A stretch of DNA of 64,000 nucleotides from the human T2T-CHM13v2.0 reference genome, Homo sapiens, in NCBI RefSeq assembly GCF_009914755.1, contig NC_060930.1. One strand, 5' to 3'. Within the stretch, counting starts at the first letter, position 1; every line of letters begins with the position of its first letter. This document shows, piece by piece, positions 1 through 12,308 of the stretch. The translations under genes and the position numbers were made by a program. The notes beneath the pieces were generated by a model. That model was not told the DNA's origin. It did not search any database and was given only the letters and a program-made list of their open reading frames with translations.

Positions 1-841
1 GAGTTTTAATGGTCTCATGACTAAAATTTTAAAGTCAAAGCTATAAAGTCTTTTTTTATGTTTGTATTTTTATATATACGTGGGTACACATCTATGTTTA
101 TATATTGTCCCAACTTAATTTATAAATAAATGAGTGCTCATAAATAACTAGCCCAAAAGTTTATCAAATTTACATGATTTTAGTAATCTTTCATAAATAA
201 AGTGATTTTAAAAGTTATTGGTAAAATATAAATGTCTTCAGAATTTAATTTAGACTTTTTTTTTTGCCTGGTTCTATTGGTCAGACAGGTGTATACTGTC
301 TCTAATAGATGTTTTAAAGTGATAAAACTGTTGCTTCTCTGACATTTTTAATCTGTGAGTTTATGTTTTTGGATTTCAGCCTTTAGATTTTGAGGTCTAG
401 GCAAGTGACCACGGTGAGGCCTGGGAACAGGGCCTAATCCCTTTCTCCCTGGCTCAGTTGTGCCTTCCGGCCTTGCTAGGAGGAGTTGGATCCTCCAGGC
501 ATAGTCTTCACATCCCTGTCCCTTGTCCCAAGATCTGCATCTGGTACATAATTAAAATTGCTTATTTCCTAGGGTTTTCACAAAATAAGGTTACCAAAAT
601 AAAAGATAACATTGTGATTAATATGTGTAATTAAAATTGCTAGATATATTAATAAAATAAACAGTTCTGTATACAAAGTACATAAGAAAAGTAGGAAGTA
701 TTTTCGGTTTAAAAAAGGTTATATAAGGAGGCAGGAAAATGTGGGTTTCGTTAAAGGAAAAGTAATTTTGGTTAGTTTAGAGGATTTTAAAAGTTGTCTT
801 AAATTGAAGGAATAAAAATAATAATAGATAAAACTTAATGG

Positions 842-1144
842 GGCTGGGTGCATTGGCTCACGCCTGTAATCCCAGCACTTTGGGAGGTCAAGGTGGGTGG
901 ATCACCTGAGGTTGGGAGTTCAAGACCTGTCTGGCCAATATGGCAAAACCCTGTCTCTACTAAAAATACAAAATTAGCCAAGCGTGGTGGCGCATGCCTG
1001 TAATCCTAGCCACTCGGAGGCTGAGGCAGGAGAATTGCTTGAACCCAGGAGGCTGGGGTTGCAGTGAACAGAGATCACGCCATTGCACTCCAGCCAGGGC
1101 AACAAGAGCAAAACTCCATCAAAAAAAAAAAAAAAAAAAAAAAA
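842..1144 (+). mobile_element. AluS element
   Basis: GGCTGGGTGC..GGCTCACGCCTGTAATCCCAGCACTTTGGGAGG start, dimeric body, A-tail 1121-1144, approximate TSD AAAAC(T/CT)(T/C)AATGG. Confidence 0.95.
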
Positions 1145-1454
1145 CCTCAATGGATACAGAAAGTTGGAAAGAAAGAAAATGGGGAAAATTATAAGACGTT
1201 AAAAAGGGTTTATGGAAATATTATTGTGTGTGGTCAAAGCTGATTGAGATTGCATGAATCTGCTTATAAGGTTTTATTAAAATTATTGTTAGCATTAATA
1301 ATACACTGATGCAAAAGTGAAATTTGACTTTCTTTTTAGAACATGATTTTTGTGTAATATTCATAAGAGATAGTAAAACATTTTTTGTTTACATTTTATA
1401 TAAACTGCAAAAAAAAAGGGAAGAGAGAGATTTTGTTTGCCTCTTTATCGGGTC

Positions 1455-1785
<331 letters not shown>

Positions 1786-2486
1786 TATCAGGTCTTTTAA
1801 TTGTTTGAAAAGCTGAGTCTCCTGTCACTCTATATGATTTTTGCCTTTTGAAAGCTTTGAATTATCACTTTGGCTAATTGAATGAATGTTTTTTTTCAGT
1901 GACTTGTGTTCCCATTTTGAGCACTTTCCAAAATCATATTTCAAATTCCAAATTTGATCTTTGGCCTAAAATTAACTTTTTGTATATTAGGGATCCTGAA
2001 AGTCCAAGAGAGACTTATTAGGCTAATTTAGTATGTTAAAGTGATATGGCAAGCATTGTCAAATAAGAAATGGTGTTTAACTTGTATAAATACGTTATTA
2101 ATGTGCCCCAAGGTTATATAGATTCCCTAAATTCTTACATGTCTTAGGATATGTCATCAGTAATAATTATGATTATTACATTAAATTGTTGTATGCCACT
2201 GGAATAACCAACTTTTCTTATTAATTGTGTCTTTATAGATATTTCTAAGTATTTTGTCACCCATAGACAATTATTCTTTTACTTTTTCTCGAAGAATGGT
2301 TTATAATTGGCTATAGTCCCAAATTTCCTTCTTCTTCAAGGAAATTTTTGGAAAGCATCCTGACCAGTATTTAACACTCTTGAATACAGGTTTCTGGTAA
2401 CTTTGGAGATAACAGTTTAATCTATTCCATAACATTGGACTAGATTAAAAACTTCCAGGACTCTAATTAAAAAGCTGATGTGTTCT

Positions 2487-2599
2487 GCCTGGTGCGGTGG
2501 CTTACGCCTATAATCCCAGCACTTTGGGAGGCCGAGGCGGGTGCATCATGAGGTCAAGAGATCGAGACCATCCTGGCCAAAATGGTGAAACAGTCTCCA

Positions 2600-2636
<37 letters not shown>
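2487..2636 (+). mobile_element. Alu left monomer only (AluSc-like) with A35 tail
   Basis: Left arm including TCAAGAGATCGAGACCATCCTGGCCAA, then A run 2602-2636; TSD AAAAGCTGATG(T/C)GTTC on both sides. Confidence 0.9.
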
Positions 2637-2639
<3 letters not shown>

Positions 2640-2898
2640 GATGCGTTCATGAGGATTGCTAACTCAACAGCAATCAAAGCAAGTATGAATTACATGGGAA
2701 TGAATAGAGGACTGAAATAATTTTTTATAACTTTGTTTGAAACATTGCTGATTCTTTTTATGTTTAGTTTTCCAGAGTCAAGAAAACTTTTTCTTTTGAG
2801 CTATTTGTAGCTTACAACAATAGGGTAAAGTATACTTTTGTGAGCAAAGTTGAAATGTTTATCTTACTCTTTACCTGATTTCTCCAGAATTTGGAAAC

Positions 2899-3490
2899 TG
2901 TTGGGAAAAGCTGAGCGTTGGGAGAAGCTGAGGCAGGGCTTGCATGTCTGACATAATGTAAAAGAGTCTTGGAACATGTCTGGGGTCCAGGGTCTAAAAC
3001 CCCTTGTGGCCTTTGGAATACCAAATTCTGTGCTAAAGGGTGGAAGGCTACCCTCACCCACCATAATCTAAGCCCAGGGCATAAAATCCCTCGTGGCTTG
3101 GATAGAATCCAGGGCTTGTGGCTCTGGAACGGGTCTAGACTTGCTGGCTCCTTGCTCCTTGCTCTCCCAGGATCGACTGTATCTTGAGTTAAAAGAACCT
3201 GCTCTCCGTTACCTCAAGTAGCAGAACATGTTCCATATAAATGCTAAACCATCACAGCTGTAGATCATACGCCTGACCTTTTGTCCTCCACATTCTCACC
3301 ACCTGTTTCTTTGTTGGATTACCAATAAATAGCGTGGGCTCCCAGAGCTCAGGGCCTTCGTAGCCTCCATGATTGTGATGGCTCCCCTGGTGTCCCACCT
3401 TTCTCTCTCAAACTGTCTTTTTCTCAATCCTTTTACTCCACCGGACTTTGTCACCCCCACGACCTGGTGTTGGGTCTGATCACCCCAACA
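2899..3490 (+). mobile_element. HERV-K-class solo LTR (LTR14B-like)
   Basis: TGTTGGG...CCCCAACA inverted termini, exact 6-bp TSD GGAAAC (2893-2898, 3491-3496), internal TATA-like ATATAAA (~3235) and AATAAA (~3324). A 6-bp TSD fits betaretroviral integrase. Confidence 0.85.
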
Positions 3491-4801
3491 GGAAACTATT
3501 TGTGAGTATTTTTAATTTATGGCAACATAGTTACTTGCATAATTTCAATAAGAATCTGTTTTCTTTTGTAACAGAATGTGATTAGAGACACTGGTTATTT
3601 TTCCAAGTTTTTTACTGGAAGGGCATATTTTCAGGTATGACCAGACTGCTTTGAGATTGGAAAGACTGATATGGTACCTTGTCTACATGGTTCTCTTATA
3701 AGGTTTCTTTGACCTTATAAGAGGTAGGTAGGTAGGTAAAGAATGTCACTTTCTGATAGGACCAGGAACTTCAAGATCTTGTGGGACCTCAAGAATAAAA
3801 GAATTTACCCAATTCATGTGGATATTACAAGCACAGTCTGTTGGCAAACTCTTGGCTTGATTTTCTAGCCTCAAGCCTTTTAAAAGTCTAGTCTTAGATT
3901 CTTCATGATTTTCTCCAGCAAAGCCAACTTAAAAACCTACATAGTCAATCACTGTGTTTGCTGCATTTTATGCAAATAATGAAGCCAAATACAATAAAAC
4001 TAAAACTTATTTTGCAAATAAATTGGTCCTACTATTCCTTACGCTTGGTAGAAATGGGGAACTGGGGAGAGAAAAAATTATGTTTGAGAAGAAAATTACA
4101 GTACACTTGTTATTCGATTGTAGCCTTGTTGGTAGTTTTTTAGTTTTTACAATTTCCTACAATTTGGGCTGAACCCTTAATTCTTTCCTTGTTACAAGTC
4201 TCCAAACTAATGTTTTCACATTTTTCTTCTATTTCTCTCACTTGGAATCACTAGAAATCAAACCTGTCCTTTTTTTTTTTTTTGGAAACAGACAACTTGA
4301 ATTAAACTCTAGAAGAAATCACCACAGCAACTTATAAACAGCCTTCATGCCTGATGATGTATGGACTACTCAGAAAGCTCACTTAAACACCTAATTCAAA
4401 CTACAAATGCAGAAAAAATCTGTCAGATAGCCCCTGCCATCTGAAGATGCTTTAGAGCCTCTAGAAAAACCAGTGTGTAGACTGCTTCAGACATTCACTT
4501 TTGTTTTTCTTCTATTTCCTTAGAAATACCTCTTACTAAAGATGTTTGCCATATATAGAGGCCTAGCCCATTTGCAATGCCACCTCCTGAAATGGGACAC
4601 AGCTATTCAATTGACCTGATCTATTCTCAGGTCTAACAGGTTGATTCAAGAAGATATGGGATATGTTTAAATTTAGTCTTTTTTGCTTATCACCATTTGT
4701 TTTCTTTTCCCTTCCTTTTCCTCTCTATCTAACAACATTTAACCCAAATCTCTCCAAAGTTATCAACTATATACAAAACATTTTAAAGTTTCAAAGTAAG
4801 G

Positions 4802-5159
4802 TGATATGGTTTGGCTGTGTCCCCACCCAAATCTCATCTTGAATTGTAGCTCCCACAATTCCCATGTGTCATGAGAGGGACCTGGTGGGAAGTGATCGAA
4901 TCATGGGGGTGGGTCTTTCCTGTGCTGTTCTCATGATAGTGAATAAGTCTCATGAGATCTGATGGTTTTATAAAGAGAAGTTTCCCTGCACAAGTTCTCT
5001 CTTGTCTGCCACTATGTAAGATATAAACTTTCACCTTCCACCATGATTGTGAGGCCTCCCCAGCCACGTGGAATTGTGGGTCAATAAAACCTCTTTTTCT
5101 TTATAAATTAACCAGTCTCAAGTATGTCTTTATCAGCAGTGTGAAAACAGACGAATACA
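4802..5159 (+). mobile_element. THE1B-like MaLR solo LTR
   Basis: TGATATGGTTTGGCTGTGTCCCCACCCAAATCTC...AATACA; exact 5-bp TSD TAAGG (4797-4801, 5160-5164). Confidence 0.92.
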
Positions 5160-5166
5160 TAAGGAC

Positions 5167-5680
5167 TGAAGGAAATCTCCCTAAAATATTTCATCCTAAA
5201 ATATACTTATTTGACATATTTTGAGATGGTTGGTCAGAAAGCCAACAAACAGAAGTAACCCTGCAAAGCTGTCTTTGGTGGGCGGCATTTGTATCAGTAG
5301 ATAATCTGCATAGATGCAGCCAGCTTTTCTCTGAGGCCTTCCCCTGTCTGGACCTAGAAAAAATTACCTGAGAGTCTGATTATCTTAAAAGGTCTAAAAG
5401 AAACATTTACCATCTATTTTCTCTAAGAGCTTTCACCTGTGAGTTTTATTATATAACAAGACCACCTTTGCTAGCTACTCCCATCTTTTCCCCCTTTCAT
5501 AACCTGTTTTACCACCATAATCTGTTTTGCCGCAATCCAAGTCCCCATTCTTTCTGCATCTTCAAGATGGTGTATCGGCTTCTGAATGCCTTTGGGGGGG
5601 TAATCACTCTGTGGTTTGCCCCCCACGTGCATGTTAATAAATTTGTATGCCTTTTCTCCAATTAATCTGACTTTTGTGGG
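5167..5680 (+). mobile_element. Old ERV1 LTR (MER34/MER39-like), 3' LTR of the preceding internal region
   Basis: Starts TGAAGGAAATC..AAAATATTT..TTTGACATATTTTGAGATGG; AATAAA at ~5636. Right end approximate. Confidence 0.55.
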
Positions 5681-5862
5681 TTATTAGCAATTGTATACAC
5701 TTATTAGTAAACACAGTTTCTCTTGCAGAGATTTAATGAATATGGGGATGAGAAATTCAAAGCTTTGTGTGGAGGGTGGTTTAGGCAGTGGGGATGCAGC
5801 AAAGGTTCTGAGGCATAAATGAGCTTATCAAGGTCTCTGAGAAGAAGAAATAAGAACAAGCA

Positions 5863-6155
5863 GGCTGGGCGCTGTGGCTGATGCCTGTAATTCTAGAACT
5901 TTGGGAGACCAAGATGGGCAGATCACCTGAGGTCAGGAGTTTGAGAACAGCCTGGCCAACATGGTGAAACCCCATCTCTACTTAAAATATAAAAATTAGC
6001 CGAGTGTGGTGGCAGGCACCTGTAGTCCCAGCTACTCAGGAGGCTAGGCAGGAGAATCACTTGAACCCAGGAGGTGGAGGTTGCAATAAGCTGAGATGAT
6101 GCCACTGCATTCCAGCCTGGGTGACAGAGCGAGAATCTGTCTCAAAAAACAAAAA
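5863..6155 (+). mobile_element. AluS element
   Basis: Dimeric Alu with short A-rich tail; approximate TSD AAGAA(C/T)AAG(C/T)A. Confidence 0.93.
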
Positions 6156-6735
6156 GAATAAGTAGTAGGCCAGGCCAGGTTGTTAAGGATGATGTATATG
6201 AGATTGTGAGTTGGAGGGAACTGAGGTCTGGGAAATACGCAACTACTCAGGGGTCAGATCCTGTGAGGCACCATCAGCCACAGTAAGGACACTGGATTAA
6301 TTCTGAATATGAGAGAACATTTGTAGTGTCTGAGCAAATGAGCCACAGGAAATGATTTTCTAACTCAAAAGCTCCAACTGGCTGCTGAGTGAAGACTAGA
6401 GAGTAAGAAGTGGGAAGGAAAGAAACAGCTAGAAGGTGAGTAGAGTAGGGTTCGGGAAGAAGGGGGGTGGCCTGAGGCATTGCTGGAGGAGGTAAGAAAC
6501 AAGTTGTGGGGCAGCTTTGCAAACAGGTGATGTCAGGAATCAGGCTGTGGCTATTAGGAAGTCAGGGGTTTCTTACAGCCCAGCAAGTAGGCAGGTTCTG
6601 TCAGTAGGCAGGTAAGTGATGTGAGCAGTTATATGACACCGGCCAGCAGGTGTGGCACACTTACCAGCAGGTGGGTCAAATCTGCAAACAGGTGAGTCAT
6701 GCTGGCAAGGGGACCAGACACTTCTTTAATTAGAT

Positions 6736-7868
6736 GGTATGGGCTGAATTGTGTGTCCCTGCCCCCTTAAAGTTCATATATTGAAGTCCTCACCCCTAGT
6801 ACCTCAGAATATGACTGCATTTGGAGACAGGGCCTTTAAAGAGGTAATCAATTTAAAATGAGGCCACAGAGGTTGGCCCCAATCTGACCAACGTCCTTAT
6901 CAAAAGAGATGAGGACATAAACATGCACAGTGGGGTAAACCACATGAAGATGGAGAGAAGATGGCCATCCATAAGCCAAGGAGAGTGTCCCTCAGAGGAA
7001 ACCCACTCTGCTGATACCTTGATATTGTTCTGTTACCAGAAAGTGGGGGGAATCTTCAGTCCTTAGTCATTTTGGGAGAAAGATTTCAGCGAAGAAACAG
7101 TTCAAAGATAGCAGAGAGCTTTATTGAAGGGAAATGGAGAGGAGAGAGTTTATTTAAAGAGACATTACACTCTGAAAGATGAGGCAGAATGGGCTCCTGA
7201 AAGAGTGAGTAGGCCAGCAGCCCCAAGAGCTCTACATTGCAGTTTTTATTATGTGGAACCCTTTCTTGAAGTTCCCAGCTCTGCTTTAAGTCTCTACCTT
7301 TTTTCTTTGTCTAGTTTGTCCGCTATTGCCTTAAGTCCCTGCCTTTCCCCCACCTAGTTCCCATACCAGGGTTGTGGGATTCTCCTTTACTGTCAGTTGA
7401 TGTGCATGCGCAGCCCAGTGTTGGCTGCAAATTTTACCTATTGGCAGCACTGCTCATTACCGTCACCCCCAGAAGATGGGATAGCAGTCAAACCTATACT
7501 TATTGCACCTGAGTATCTCTTAGGAATTTCTCTTTTGCCCTCTTTCCTCCTTATCAGCATGTATCTAGCTACATTCTGTCAGGTTAACTGCAGAGCATAC
7601 TCTTACTGGGCATCTTAATGGGAGTTCCTTCCTGTATAGGTACTTGCCCTCCTCTCTGATCCTGTGTAGCATGTGTGTTTCAGGTGGTCTCTGGCATGTG
7701 AGATTTTCCAGACCTCCCTTTTTTCAAGGGGTCCTCCTGCCTGCTTGCATCAATCTGCCTATTCTAACAGTTCTTCAACCCTTCAGAATTATGAGAAAAT
7801 AAATTGCTATTGTTTAAAGCCTCCCAGTCTCTGGTACTTTGTTATGGCAGTCCTAGCAAACTAACACA
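6736..7868 (+). mobile_element. MLT1-family MaLR LTR split by a nested LTR (pieces ~6736-7030 and ~7774-7868)
   Basis: TATGGGCTGAATTGTGT...TTGAAGTCCTCACCCC start; typical 3' end GAGAAAATAAATT...TTTGTTATGGCAGTCCTAGCAAACTAACACA. Confidence 0.8.
7031..7769 (-). mobile_element. ERV1-class solo LTR nested in MLT1
   Basis: TGTTA...TAACA inverted termini, exact 4-bp TSD GTTC (7027-7030, 7770-7773), minus-strand AATAAA (TTTATT ~7120). Subfamily not determined. Confidence 0.75.
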
Positions 7869-9195
7869 GATGGACAACTTGTATAAATCTCTGAGAGGTC
7901 CTGCATGTGTCTGAGGGCTACAGAAGCAGCTGAAAGAGGTTGCTGAGCATATGGGGGACTTGGGAGAGTGATATGGAGGTCATGGGTGGCTAGGAGATTC
8001 TATGAACCAGTGGGTGACCAGGGCAAAAATCCAGGGATGATAACAAGACAGCTCATTGACACAAGGATATCTAAGCACTGACGATGAGTTATGTGGAGAG
8101 AAAAGGAGAAGACAGGGGATTTGAGTAGTAGCTTAGCAACTCCATTGAATCCCTGGAGACCGGACCATAGTAGGTGACCCTGGAGAGATTCTGGACCTCT
8201 GGTTGAGAGCTTAGGAGGATAGTTGGAAACCATGATGCTAAGAGTAATTTGAGGAATTGGGCCTAGAGGTTATTTATGGGCAGTCAGCAATGACACCACT
8301 ATCATCCAAACAGGAACAGTGAGAAGCCAGTACTCTACTAGCTCCTAGAAAAGAGGTCAGAAATCCACCTCCATTTTCACTGAGGCCACACCTTGTGGCT
8401 GAGCATAGATTCTGACTTTCCCATCTCACCAAATATATTAATTTACCAAATTTCTTGCTCCCTAATCTGTTTCTGGGTCTGCAGAATCTGGTAGGACACA
8501 TCCTGGGTGTGAGCAGGCAACATAGATAAGCTGCTCCAAACTGTGCTTCCTCTAGTCCTATAATGTCATAATAATAATTTTTTCCCTTTTTTCAGCTTTT
8601 GGGTTTTACTATAAAGAGTTACACTAATTAAAACTTTCCATTTTGTTTGTATGTTTTTACCTTCAGAATGCACTAACACAATTACAGTACTGTTAACCAA
8701 TTTTGTTCACCTTCTACAAAAGGTGACTTCAACAGAAGCAGCCTCTGTTTATCTCTGAAAAATTATGTCACTGAAACAAGTAGACCCTTTATTTTTAATG
8801 AATGTCAAAAGAGATTATAATGCTTGGGTTTCTGTAATCTGCAGGAAAGATATTTACATGTGTCTAACAAAACCAGTTACACCCAGGTGCCTTAGGTTAA
8901 GTAAATCAGATGGCATTTATGCCAGGTCAGAAATAGGGCAGGGCCCAGCCAGTTTTTCACATGACATAAAAGAGGGAACCGGTATCTTCAGGGATGGAAG
9001 CTGGCCTTAAAAAGTTCAAGGAAGTTCAAGTCAAATGTAAAATTACCTGGAAATTTTGGATATAATTATAAAAACTCATGCTATTTTTTATCCTCCTCTA
9101 TAAATTACCTATATTGTTAGAACATGTGAGAGTGGGGCCCTGACCCCATTGGTATAGCCATTACCAGAATGATAATGATAGAATCATTATCAAGT

Positions 9196-9321
9196 CTTTA
9201 GGGTATAACCATTAGCAAGACCACAGAGTCTGGAAGCAGCTTTGGAGAGAATTTGACGCCTTTAGGGTATAACCATTAGCAAGACCACAGAGTCTGGAAG
9301 CAGCTTTGGAGAGAATTTGAC
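9196..9321 (+). repeat. Perfect 62-bp tandem duplication (9196-9257 and 9260-9321)
   Basis: CTTTAGGGTATAACC...GAGAATTTGAC appears twice, separated by GC. Confidence 0.97.
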
Positions 9322-9942
9322 ACTAGATGTATTTGTTTTTTTCTGATTTTTAGTTTGTGCCTTGATCGGTTAATTCCAGTTTCAAGCCTCAAGGCTGGCC
9401 TGTGCATTGGTGAATATGGGCTGTCAAAGTTGGGGGGATGGTAAAAGTTATGTAGCACAATTCCTAGAACCTACCAGACCTGAATTTGAGTATTCACTCT
9501 GCTACTCACCAGCAGAACAATCATGGGCCAATGTCTCGAGCTATTTGAGCTTTCATTTCCTCATCTGCAAAAAGGGCCCTGTTAAGTACATATCTCTTGG
9601 GGTTACTGTCGAATGAATGAGAAGCTTTAAAGCAAGTACTCAGCACAGTATCTGACACATGTTAAGTGTTGGGGATTACTATCATTATGACCAGAAAAAT
9701 TTACCTCAATTTGAACAATAGGGTAAGGCCAAGCTCTGGGGGAATGTATGTAATATCCAATTTAGCAGAACTTAAATTTTCTAGCACTTGCGGGATATTG
9801 TCCATATCCTCTTTGTTCATTCAGTAGGTGCCTGGTTGCTTAAAGGGTGGACAAAATTGTTGACCATCTAGGTCAGATGTGTGGTGAAGTCAGCAGCTGA
9901 TGGCATCAGAAGAGAAGGGCTCCCTTCATCCACTGCTCCTGC
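9200..9942 (+). repeat. Arm A of a long inverted duplication (partner at 21339-22035)
   Basis: Collinear reverse-complement similarity throughout, e.g. CCATCTAGGTCAGATGTGTGGTGAAG vs CTTCACCACACATCTGACCTAGATGG; includes a MIR fragment (~9480-9670). Confidence 0.93.
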
Positions 9943-10875
9943 ATCCACTGCAGGGCTCAGTCCTGACACTTCCCATAGAACCCTAGGTGAACACCTTAAC
10001 CTCTGTGATTTAGAAATAACATGGATATAAAGGGCATGCTTATTTACAGACCAGTTGTGAAAACCAAGTAAGACTCTAATGTAAAAGCATTTTGTAGGCT
10101 GCAAAGCACTCAACACATTCAAAGTTCAATTATTATTCCAGACTTCCTTTCCTTACTTAAGCATTTAGTGACCTCAAATTGTCCCTGGCCAATCTGAGGC
10201 TCTTCTCTACCTAGTGCACAGAGCCCCATGTTTCATGCAATAGCTTCTCCCCTTCATGCAAGTGTCCCCATGGTGTCCTGTCAGCTGTACTCCACCATGT
10301 AACACACCAGGATACCAGGTTACCCCTTACTACCTAATCTGATACTTCCCAAACATGCCTGATCATGAGACACCCAGTGCCTGTGAGAAATAGAAGTCCT
10401 CAGACACCACATAAGATTTACTAGATCCAAATCTTCAAAGGAGGGGCTTGGGACATTTTTAACAAAAGCCACAAGTGATTCTGTAATTCAGCAGGTTTGG
10501 GAAACAGTAAACTAATACATGCAAATGTGTTGGTTAACTAATATATTACTCTATCTGGACTCAACCCAATTAAAATGTATAGCTCTTTTAATATCTTAAG
10601 TGGGCTATACTAGTTCTGGAGATTTCAAGTAGGATCCAAGGGAGGGTTTGTGAATAAAAAGAATTCTTTTAATCACACTATTAGGAAGAATGTTTATTAA
10701 ATTCTACATACATTTTTGTAGTACCATAGTTTGAGATATAAATATCCTTGGGGGAAAGCTATAGGATGACCAATGATTAGAAACAACAAATAACAATTTT
10801 AAAAAATTGAAAGAAATTAAGTCCAGAGGTGAGCCACTTTAGCAAGAATCTTTAAATTTGAGAAGAAATATTATC

Positions 10876-11030
10876 TTATTTCACTGATTCTAAAATAGAT
10901 TTTTTTTCACATTTTAATGTCTCTGAAATCAGAATGTTTCTTAAAGCTGATTAGCAACAATTTTTTTAGTGGTATATAAAATAATAGGATTTCTTAACAA
11001 AGGGTGTATTCTGGATTCAGTGAAATACTG
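10876..11030. mobile_element. MER104-like Tc1/mariner MITE
   Basis: Terminal inverted repeats TATTTCACTGATTC / GATTCAGTGAAATA and internal TTTTCACATTTTAATGTCTCTGAAATCAG. Confidence 0.7.
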
Positions 11031-11467
11031 AAACACAAGACAGTGACAATTTTCTCCAACTCTATTGACACATCACAAGTGGTCTATGCCCTTGCCTGGG
11101 TGCCTCCTGTGCATCTCTATTTCCACAAGCCTGCCTACATTTGAAGCTCCAGTGCCAACTGTGCATCTCACTGGCCACAGCCTGCCCAGCTCACCCAGGC
11201 TGCAGGGATGTCTCTCTTCTTCTTACAGCTCTTGCTGTCTGTAGCACCTATTTTCTGTTTCTCTTGCTTAGCATTTATGCTGCTGCTTTGTTGACCAAAT
11301 ATTATTTGTTATCTTATCATGTTATAAACATCTTTGAACTCTGAAACTAAATGGTAAACACCTTGAGCCCAGAAAAGTTGCCTCTATCTTTTGCTTTCTC
11401 CCAGGGTCTAACACAGGGCTCCTACATGGTAATATTCAATAAATATTGATGATGATGCCATTTAGGT

Positions 11468-11580
11468 AGGGTGATGACATATTTCATCATCCAGACCAAG
11501 ATATTTTGAAGGTGAAAGGGGGCACAATGAATATTTATGGGGCACAACAGGCATAAACTAGGACTATCCTGGGCACTTTA
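11468..11580. mobile_element. hAT-Blackjack relic (MER81/MER94-like)
   Basis: TAGGGTGA start; GTGAAAGGGGGC and ACAACAGGCATAAAC..GGACT motifs. Confidence 0.5.
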
Positions 11581-11854
11581 CATATAGACGCCTTTCTCCC
11601 TACTACACTGTAAACTTTTTGAGGGTAGAGATAATGTTTTAGTCATCCCTTTTTCTACAATACAAAAAGTATAGTGCTTTGCACCTCATTAAGTACTAAA
11701 TGAAGTATGATTCCTTCCCTGTCTACAAGATAATATGATTTTAACCAAACTTTCCAGCCTCAATCCCAATGATCTCTCAAATATTTTCCAGGAAAATTAA
11801 ATTATTTTCAAGAACTAACATACTTCTCTTATCTTGGTGCCTTTGTCAATGCTA

Positions 11855-12308
11855 TTGCCTCAGCCAGACATTAATAGTCACCCAAAGATGTCTACATCCT
11901 AATCCCCAGATTGTACAAGTTACCTTACGTGATAAAGGGGACCTACCAGGCATAATTAAGTAAGGGTCTTGAGAAGGGGAGATATTATCTTGCATCATCT
12001 AGGTAGGCCCAATGTGTAATCACGATGTGGAATCCTTATCAGGGAAAAAGGAGGCAGGTGAGTCAGAATCAGAGAGGGAGAGATTAGAAGATGCTTTGCA
12101 GATAAGAGTATGAGGCCACAAGTCGAGGAATATAGGTGGCCTCTAGAGGCTGGAAAAGGCAACAAAATGAATTCTCTTCAAGAAATCCAGAAGGAATGTA
12201 GCCCTGCTGACCCATTCTCAGCTTCTGACCTCCAGAACTGGAAGTAAAAAATTTGTGTTGGTCAAGCCACTAAGTTTGTGGTAGAGCAGTCATAGGAAAC
12301 TACTTACA
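11855..12308 (+). mobile_element. MLT1C/D-like MaLR LTR
   Basis: CCCAAAGATGTCTACATCCTAATCCCCAGA...GGCCTCTAGAGGCTGGAAAAGGCAA...CTTCTGACCTCCAGAACTG...AAGCCACTAAGTTTGTGGTA. Confidence 0.8.

Noticed and set aside
9196-9321. CRISPR-like repeat
   Set aside because: Only two adjacent copies, no spacers, no cas genes, and the context is eukaryotic.
9276-9616. Paralogous short ORFs here and at 21664-22081 as a new peptide family
   Set aside because: Starts, stops and frames are not preserved between arms and part is MIR-derived. They only reveal the DNA duplication.
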